Assembly: GCA_031409275.1 (NCBI GenBank)
Contig: JANNXA010000034.1
Coordinates: 64,001-128,000 of the forward strand
Origin: Planctomycetota bacterium
GTDB lineage: Bacteria; Planctomycetota; B15-G4; SIAN01
DNA length: 64,000 bases
Direction: 5' to 3'
Positions 58,230-64,000 of this stretch are shown here, piece by piece. Position 1 is the stretch's first letter; the number at the start of each line of letters is the position of its first letter. The notes below the pieces were generated by a model. The model had not been told where the DNA came from. It was given only the letters and a program-made list of their open reading frames with translations, and did no database searches. The position numbers and the translations under genes were made by a program.

Positions 58230-59609
58230 TTGTTCCTCTCCCGTGCTTTCCTCGCGCTGCTGTTGGCGGCGCCGTTCGTCTCCTCGCTGGCGGCGCCGGC
58301 GCCGGTGCGCGCGCGTGCGGACGAGCTTGCGCTCTGGAACGATCCGGGGTTCCAGCGCCGCTTCGCCGAGAGCTACCTCGCCGAGAGCGACGTCGAGCCG
58401 AAAGTCACCTCCCACGAGCGCGACGCGCTGCAGAAGGTGCTCGAGCTGATCGCCGCGGACAAGCCGGCCGACGCGATCACGCTGATCGAGAAACAGCGCG
58501 GGCCGGCCGCCAGCGCTGTGCTCGACTTCATGCTGGCCAACCTGCACTTCCAGAAGGACCGGCTCGATCCGGCCGCGGCCGCCTACAAGATCGCCGTCGA
58601 GAAGTACCCGAAGTTCCGGCGCGCCTGGAAGAACCTCGGCCTGATCGAAGTGCGCCAGGAGCGGTTCGCCGACGCCATGCGCTCGTTCACGCGCGTGATC
58701 GAACTCGGCGGCGGCGATGCGATCACCTACGGACTGCTCGGCTTCTCCTGCTCCAATGTCGAGCAGCACCTCGCGGCCGAGTCGGCCTACCGGATGGCCG
58801 CGCTGCTCGATCCGGAGGCGCTCGACTGGCAGATGGGGCTGGCGCGCAGCTTCTTCAAGCAGAAGCGCTACGCCGACGCCGCGTCGCTATGCGGCAACCT
58901 GATCGAGCGCCATCCCGAGCGCGCCGATCTGTGGCTGCTGCAGGCGAACGCGTGGATCGGGTTGCAGCAGCCACTGCGTGCTGCGGAGAACTACGAGATC
59001 GTCGAGCGGCTGGGCCGTTCCACCGCCGAGAGCCTGCACATGCTGGGCGACATCTACCTGAACGAGGGGATGTACGACCTCGCCACCGATGCCTACGTGA
59101 ATGCGCTCGACCGGGCGCCGACCGCCAGCGCGGCGCGACCGCTGCGCGCCGCGAAGGTGCTGACGGGACGCGGGGCGCTGGCGCAGACACGCCGCCTCGT
59201 CACCAGCATCGTCGCCGTGAAGGGGGAGACGCTCTCCGTCGACGAGAAGAAGGCGCTGCTCAAGCTGCGCGCGCGCCTCGCCGTGGCCGAAGGCGCCGGC
59301 GAGGAGGAGGTGCGGGTGCTCGAGGAGATCGTCGCGCTCGATCCGCTCGATGGCGACGCGCTGCTCTTGCTGGGCCAACACCGTCAGCGCGCCGGCGATG
59401 CGGAACGCGCCGTCTTCTTCTACGAGCGGGCGGCGAGCCTGCCGGCGTTCGAGGCCGATGCCAAGGTGCGCCACGCCCAGCTGCTGGTCGGGCAGGGTCG
59501 CTACTCCGAGGCGCTGCCGTTGCTGCGAAGGGCGCTGGTCGTCAAGCCGCGCGATGCGGTGCAGGACTACCTCGAGCAGGTCGAGCGCGCGGCGCAGACT
59601 CGCGGCTGA
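58230..59609 (+). CDS. Exported TPR protein of the TonB operon
   Basis: AAGGAGG plus TTG start, signal peptide, multiple TPRs. Confidence 0.85.
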   Translation: MFLSRAFLALLLAAPFVSSLAAPAPVRARADELALWNDPGFQRRFAESYLAESDVEPKVTSHERDALQKVLELIAADKPADAITLIEKQRGPAASAVLDFMLANLHFQKDRLDPAAAAYKIAVEKYPKFRRAWKNLGLIEVRQERFADAMRSFTRVIELGGGDAITYGLLGFSCSNVEQHLAAESAYRMAALLDPEALDWQMGLARSFFKQKRYADAASLCGNLIERHPERADLWLLQANAWIGLQQPLRAAENYEIVERLGRSTAESLHMLGDIYLNEGMYDLATDAYVNALDRAPTASAARPLRAAKVLTGRGALAQTRRLVTSIVAVKGETLSVDEKKALLKLRARLAVAEGAGEEEVRVLEEIVALDPLDGDALLLLGQHRQRAGDAERAVFFYERAASLPAFEADAKVRHAQLLVGQGRYSEALPLLRRALVVKPRDAVQDYLEQVERAAQTRG

Positions 59610-59624
59610 CACGCCGCCGCTCGC

Positions 59625-60404
59625 TCAGGGCGTCGCGTCGTCCTCGTCGTCGTCGCTGTCGGGAGGCAGCTCGGCCTTGAGTTCGCGCAGCGCGTTCTTG
59701 GCGGCGCGCTGCTCGGCCTTCTTCTTGTTGGCGCCGAACGCCGGCGGGAACGAGCGGCCGTTCAGCACGGTGCGCACTTCGAAGGTGCGTTCGTGGTCGG
59801 GGCCGGCGGTCGTCATCAGTTCGTAGGTGGGTGTGCCGAGTCCAAGCTGCTGGGTGTGGAGCTGCAGCAGCGATTTGTGGTTGGTGGCGGCGCGCTTGAT
59901 CGAGCTGCGACGGATCAGGTCGCCAAGCTGCACCACGACGAACTCGCGCGCCTTGTCGATCCCGGCGTCGACGTAGAGCGCGCCGATCAGCGCTTCGGTC
60001 GCATTCGACGCCACGGAGCGCGGGATGGGGCCCTGCTGCAGCATTCCCTTGGCCATCAGCAGGTGGTCGACGATGTGCAGCCGTTTGCCGAGGTGGGCGA
60101 GCGCGGCGCGACTCACCACCGACGACTTGACGCGCGTCAGCTCCCCTTCGTCGGCGTCGGGGAAGAGGTGGTAGAGGTGCTCGGCGATCAGCAGGCCGAG
60201 CACCGCGTCGCCGAGGAACTCGAGCCGCTCGTAGCTCACCTTCGTCATGTCGATCATCGACGGATGGGTGAGCGCCGTGATCAGCAGCTGCGGATTGGCG
60301 AAGACGTGACCGATCGCCTTTTCCATGGCGGCGAGCGCCGCTGCGGGCAGAGCATCGGCGAACTCGTGCTCGCGGCCGCTGCTCTCGTCACGGATCTTCG
60401 CCAT
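59625..60404 (-). CDS. rnc: Ribonuclease III
   Basis: ALTHPS, ERLEFLGDAVL, EALIGALY, dsRBD 'KKKAEQRAA'. Confidence 0.95.
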   Translation of the reverse strand: MAKIRDESSGREHEFADALPAAALAAMEKAIGHVFANPQLLITALTHPSMIDMTKVSYERLEFLGDAVLGLLIAEHLYHLFPDADEGELTRVKSSVVSRAALAHLGKRLHIVDHLLMAKGMLQQGPIPRSVASNATEALIGALYVDAGIDKAREFVVVQLGDLIRRSSIKRAATNHKSLLQLHTQQLGLGTPTYELMTTAGPDHERTFEVRTVLNGRSFPPAFGANKKKAEQRAAKNALRELKAELPPDSDDDEDDATP

Positions 60405-60530
60405 GGGGGCGGGCGTTCTAGGTGCACGGGCGGTTGGCGGCAAGGACGCGAATCGACGCCCGGGGCTAGAACTTCTCAACGGCCGGGTCGTACGGCGGGG
60501 TCCCGCCACACGTCGCCCTGAGGAGTCGCC

Positions 60531-61664
60531 ATGCGCGAAACCATGATCGACCGAAGGTTGCTGCTGAGCTGGCTGATGCTGTGGCCCATCTCCACGACAC
60601 CGGCCGTTCTCGCCATCGCAGCGCCGTTGCTGCCCGCGCAGGCGGAGTCGCGATCGGCGGCGCAGGTCGACGCGCGCGCGCTCGAGACGCTGCGTTTGCG
60701 CACGCTGCAGGCGAAGTCGGACGCGTTGTGGGTGCAGGTCGATGGCGAGTTCGTCACGCAGGAGTACTTCAACACTCCGCGCGGGCCGATCGAGCTGATG
60801 TCGTGCAACAAGTCGGTGGTGAATCTGCTGGTCGGGATGCTGATCGATGACGGGACGATCGCATCGGTCGACGCGCCCGTCACCACCTGGTTCCCCGAAT
60901 TCGTCGAGGCGCTCGAGCGGGCGGGCGGCGTGAAGCTCGACGAGACGGCGCGCGCGCAGCGGGCCGGTGTCACGCTGCTCCACCTGTTGACTCACACTTC
61001 CGGTCTCGCCGCGGATGCAACCACCGAGAAGATCTACGCCAGCCCCGACTTCGTGAAGTTCGCAGTCGAGAGTCCGCTGAAGACGGCGCCCGGGACGGCG
61101 TTCTTCTACAACAACGTCGCCTGCAACCTCCTCTGCGGCGTCATCGAGAAGGCGAGCGGCCAGAAGGCGGATGACTTCGCGCGCGAGCGCCTCTTCGACC
61201 CGCTCGGCATCACCGAGTTCGAATGGACGCATGACGCCGCCGGCAATCCTCATGGCATGGCCGGCTGTCAGCTCCACGCGGAGGACCTCGCGCGCATCGG
61301 GCAGCTCGTGCTCCAGCGCGGGATGTGGGAGGGCGAGCGGCTGATCAGCGGGGCGTGGCTCGACGCGTCGATGCGCCCCGCCTTCCCGCAGCTCGGCGGT
61401 GGCGCGGAGATCTGCGGTCGCCTCTGGTGGCTCGACCTTGCGCCCGCGAAGCCGATCGACGACGGCACCGCCGCTGCGCCGCCCGCCGTCCGCGCGATCC
61501 GCGCCGACGGTTTCCTCGGCAACTACCTCGTGATCGTCCCGTCGACCGGTCTCGTCGCCGTTCGCCAGCGCCGCTACCCGACCAACGGAGCCGAGGTGAA
61601 CGACCGGAAATTCAACTTCCCCGACTTCATCAACCTCGTGCAGAAGCTCGTGCCGGCGAAGTGA
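60531..61664 (+). CDS. Serine hydrolase, beta-lactamase-related
   Basis: SxxK (SCNK), HLLTHTSG, YNN, LFDPLGI, DGFLG. Confidence 0.9.
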   Translation: MRETMIDRRLLLSWLMLWPISTTPAVLAIAAPLLPAQAESRSAAQVDARALETLRLRTLQAKSDALWVQVDGEFVTQEYFNTPRGPIELMSCNKSVVNLLVGMLIDDGTIASVDAPVTTWFPEFVEALERAGGVKLDETARAQRAGVTLLHLLTHTSGLAADATTEKIYASPDFVKFAVESPLKTAPGTAFFYNNVACNLLCGVIEKASGQKADDFARERLFDPLGITEFEWTHDAAGNPHGMAGCQLHAEDLARIGQLVLQRGMWEGERLISGAWLDASMRPAFPQLGGGAEICGRLWWLDLAPAKPIDDGTAAAPPAVRAIRADGFLGNYLVIVPSTGLVAVRQRRYPTNGAEVNDRKFNFPDFINLVQKLVPAK

Positions 61665-61749
61665 CGGCGCGGCGGTGCGCGACACGGAGCTGTCGATCGT
61701 CACCGATTGACGCCGCCTACTTGCGCCGCGATCTCTTCGGAGTTCTCGC

Positions 61750-62124
61750 TTGGATCCTCTGCACGCCACCTCCCTCCTCCCGTTCGTGCCGAGCGGGAAG
61801 GAGTACGACGCGAGCCGCCGGCTCTTCCGCGAACTCGGCTTCGAGGAGCTCTCGGAGAACCACGGCTATGCCCGTTTCCGCAACGGCGCGACGCAGTTCA
61901 TCCTGCAGCGCTACGACGAGCGGAGCTTCGCCGAGAACTTCATGGTTCGGCTCGAGGTGCCCGATCTCGACGCGTGGTGGGAGGCTGTCGCGAAGCTCGG
62001 CCTCGAGCAGCGCTACCCCGGTTTCCGGATCAAGCCGCCGCAGCTCTTCCCGTGGGGCCGCGAAGTGAACTTCATCGACATCGCCGGGGTCTGTTGGCAC
62101 GTCTGCCCGGCCAAGGGCGGCTGA
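61750..62124 (+). CDS. VOC/glyoxalase family protein
   Basis: 'PFVPSGKEYDASRRLFRELGF', 'PWGREVNFIDIAGVCWH'. Confidence 0.85.
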   Translation: MDPLHATSLLPFVPSGKEYDASRRLFRELGFEELSENHGYARFRNGATQFILQRYDERSFAENFMVRLEVPDLDAWWEAVAKLGLEQRYPGFRIKPPQLFPWGREVNFIDIAGVCWHVCPAKGG

Positions 62125-62166
62125 GCGCATCCGGCGGCGGAAGGCCACGTGTCTCGAGCGGCGCGT

Positions 62167-62547
62167 TCAGTTCGCCTCGCTCGGCGTCTTCGCGTTGGTG
62201 CGCCACGCCTCGGCCAGGTTCTTGGTTGGAGCCTCGGTGTTGCCGACCAGCACATTCAGGTCGCTGACGAGTCCGGTGCAGAAGCCGCCGATGCAGCCGG
62301 TCACCATTCGCTCGACGATGCGGATCGGGATCACGATCGGCGCCGCGAGGCAGGTGCAAGCCGTCGGCAGGCTCTCCGCCTCGTCATCGGCAGCGTCGAC
62401 ATCATCGAGATCGCGCGAATCGACGGCTGCTTCGACGAACTGCCACGGTGTGGTGAAGGTGCAGACGACCGGCTTCACCACCGTGCAGCCTTGCAGCGTC
62501 AGGGCGGTGGCGAGCAGCGCAAGCAGCACGTTCCGGTGCGAGATCAT
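62167..62547 (-). CDS. Hypothetical small lipoprotein
   Basis: Lipobox LQGC; GAGG RBS. Confidence 0.7.
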   Translation of the reverse strand: MISHRNVLLALLATALTLQGCTVVKPVVCTFTTPWQFVEAAVDSRDLDDVDAADDEAESLPTACTCLAAPIVIPIRIVERMVTGCIGGFCTGLVSDLNVLVGNTEAPTKNLAEAWRTNAKTPSEAN

Positions 62548-62573
62548 GTCGTGTTCCTCGCTGGTTCAGGAAA

Positions 62574-63188
62574 TCACCACGAAGAGGTCCAGTCCATCCA
62601 GCAGCCGAGAGTATCGAAGGGCGAGATCAAGAACTCGACGGGCGCCGCGACCACGTCGATGACCAGCGTCACCGGCAGCACGAAGGCGTAGGCCCAAGCC
62701 CCCGGGCGATCCCAGTCCGTGCGAAGCACGCCGACGGGATCACCGAAGAGGAGCGCCGCGTCGCCGGGCGGTCGCACCGCAAGGCGCTCGTAGGCCATCG
62801 GATACCCGTTCTGGTCGTTCACGCCACGCTGACACCAGACGGCCCAGATTTCCGACGGTACGTCCGCCACCGCGGACGGCGGCGCCGTCGCCCGCACGAT
62901 CGAGTGCGCACTCGGGGGCAACGCTGTTCCATCCATCACCAGCACCCGAGACCAGCGGCGATCGTCGTAGGGACGGCCGCGGAAGGCGACTCGTTGTCGC
63001 TGTGCGTTGGTGAAGGTGAGATCGACCGTCACCTCGCCATCGGCGCTCACCGTCACGTCATCGAGCTGCTGGATCCGGACCTGTGGCCGAACGTCATGCA
63101 CCCAGGTCGAGAGGCATCCCGGAAACGACGCCGCCATCGCTGCCAGAACCGCGATGTTGCACATCGACCTTCGCCGTCTCATTCGCAC
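62574..63188 (-). CDS. Hypothetical lipoprotein (YceK/YidQ-like C-terminal motif); start uncertain
   Basis: FPGC lipobox-like motif, 'LPVTLVIDVVAAP'. Confidence 0.6.
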   Translation of the reverse strand: MRMRRRRSMCNIAVLAAMAASFPGCLSTWVHDVRPQVRIQQLDDVTVSADGEVTVDLTFTNAQRQRVAFRGRPYDDRRWSRVLVMDGTALPPSAHSIVRATAPPSAVADVPSEIWAVWCQRGVNDQNGYPMAYERLAVRPPGDAALLFGDPVGVLRTDWDRPGAWAYAFVLPVTLVIDVVAAPVEFLISPFDTLGCWMDWTSSW

Positions 63189-63231
63189 CGTGTCGCTCCC
63201 TGCTTCGCGTCGGTGGTTCGTGCGGCGTCAG

Positions 63232-63999
63232 TCAGGGGCTCTTCTTCACCAGCCGCTCCCATTCCTGCTGCGCGAAGCGGTCGGTCATGCCGGCGACGTA
63301 ATCGCAGGTCACGCGCCAGTCGCTGTCGCCGGGGAGTGGGTGGGCGAGGCGCACGCGGGCCCAATCGGCCATCTGGTGTGGGTTCGCGTGCAGATGGAGG
63401 AAGAGCTCGCGCAGTTGGCGACGCGCTTCGCGGCGGACCGACATGACATGGTCGGCGTAGTAGAAGCGCTTGAAGAGGTAGCGCTTCGCTTCCGACTGGA
63501 TCTCTTGCATCTCCGGCGAGAAGCCGATCAGCCGCTCGGGCGTGCGGCGCGCAGCGAGCGGTGACGTCGCGCCGGCGGCCTGCAGGCGCGCGTCGCTGGC
63601 CGCGATGAGGTCGGCGACCGGCAGCGCGAGCGTCGCGTGGACCGTGGGACGCAGCAGCTCGTCGGTGGCGGCCAGCGGGTAGCGGCGCTGCGCCTCTCGC
63701 CGCGCGCGACGCCACAGTTCGAGCTCGCCTAGCTCGGAGTCGTTGAAGACGCCGAAGCGCAGGCCGTCGTCGAGGTCGTGCGAAATGTAGGCCAGCGAGT
63801 CGGCGCCGTCGGCCACTTGCGCCTCGAGCCACGGCTGCGGCTCGACGTCGATGTCGGCCGAGGTCGGCCCGCTGCTCTTGGTGCCGTGCTTCAGCAGTGC
63901 GCTGCGCATCTCGTAAGTGAGGTTCAACCCCAGTCGGCCGGGATAGGGATTCTCCAACAGATCGACGATGCGCAGCGCCTGCGAGTTGTGCTCGAAGCC
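63232..63999 (-). CDS. dgt: Deoxyguanosinetriphosphate triphosphohydrolase, 5' partial
   Basis: GFEHNSQALRIVD, GLNLTYE, ADSLAYISHDLDDG, CDYVAGMTD; frame open to the window edge. Confidence 0.93.
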   Translation of the reverse strand, partial: GFEHNSQALRIVDLLENPYPGRLGLNLTYEMRSALLKHGTKSSGPTSADIDVEPQPWLEAQVADGADSLAYISHDLDDGLRFGVFNDSELGELELWRRARREAQRRYPLAATDELLRPTVHATLALPVADLIAASDARLQAAGATSPLAARRTPERLIGFSPEMQEIQSEAKRYLFKRFYYADHVMSVRREARRQLRELFLHLHANPHQMADWARVRLAHPLPGDSDWRVTCDYVAGMTDRFAQQEWERLVKKSP

Positions 64000-64000
64000 G

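Noticed and set aside
60531..61664. Antibiotic-resistance beta-lactamase
   Set aside because: Motifs fit the broad serine hydrolase/esterase family; nothing indicates a true class A, C or D enzyme.
1..64000. Genome-wide UGA reassignment (Trp or Gly) as the explanation for the in-frame TGAs
   Set aside because: Many complete genes end at TGA exactly where the family ends (porin and TBDR after the terminal Phe, rsgA, exbD), and Trp is encoded by TGG.

Overview
A very GC-rich (roughly 70% by eye) bacterial chromosomal segment. The gene content (three ASPIC/UnbV-CRTAC1 propellers, tandem squalene-cyclase-like barrel proteins, a DUF2950-like pilin, a HEAT-VWA protein) suggests Planctomycetota, probably an uncultured lineage (inference). 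About 47 CDS are supported: housekeeping genes (trmL, sthA, rsgA, mfd, rnc, partial dgt), peptidases and hydrolases, an ECF sigma cluster, a membrane-anchored pentaheme cytochrome/TPR protein paired with an ASPIC/UnbV lipoprotein, and a 9-gene TonB-dependent uptake cluster with a candidate Pho box. The main hidden signal is two genes that the ORF track breaks at an in-frame TGA followed by a bacterial SECIS-like hairpin. One is an exported thioredoxin-fold/PDZ protein with a C-x-x-U-x-x-C motif (14998..16266). The other is an ASPIC/UnbV beta-propeller lipoprotein (<1..1983) whose conserved frame continues through TGA at 175-177, a candidate selenoprotein in a family I do not know to contain Sec. 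Non-coding signals include a MITE-like element, a related nested palindrome, sigma54-type promoters and an orphan structured-RNA candidate. No rRNA, tRNA, CRISPR array, transposase or sel genes were recognised.
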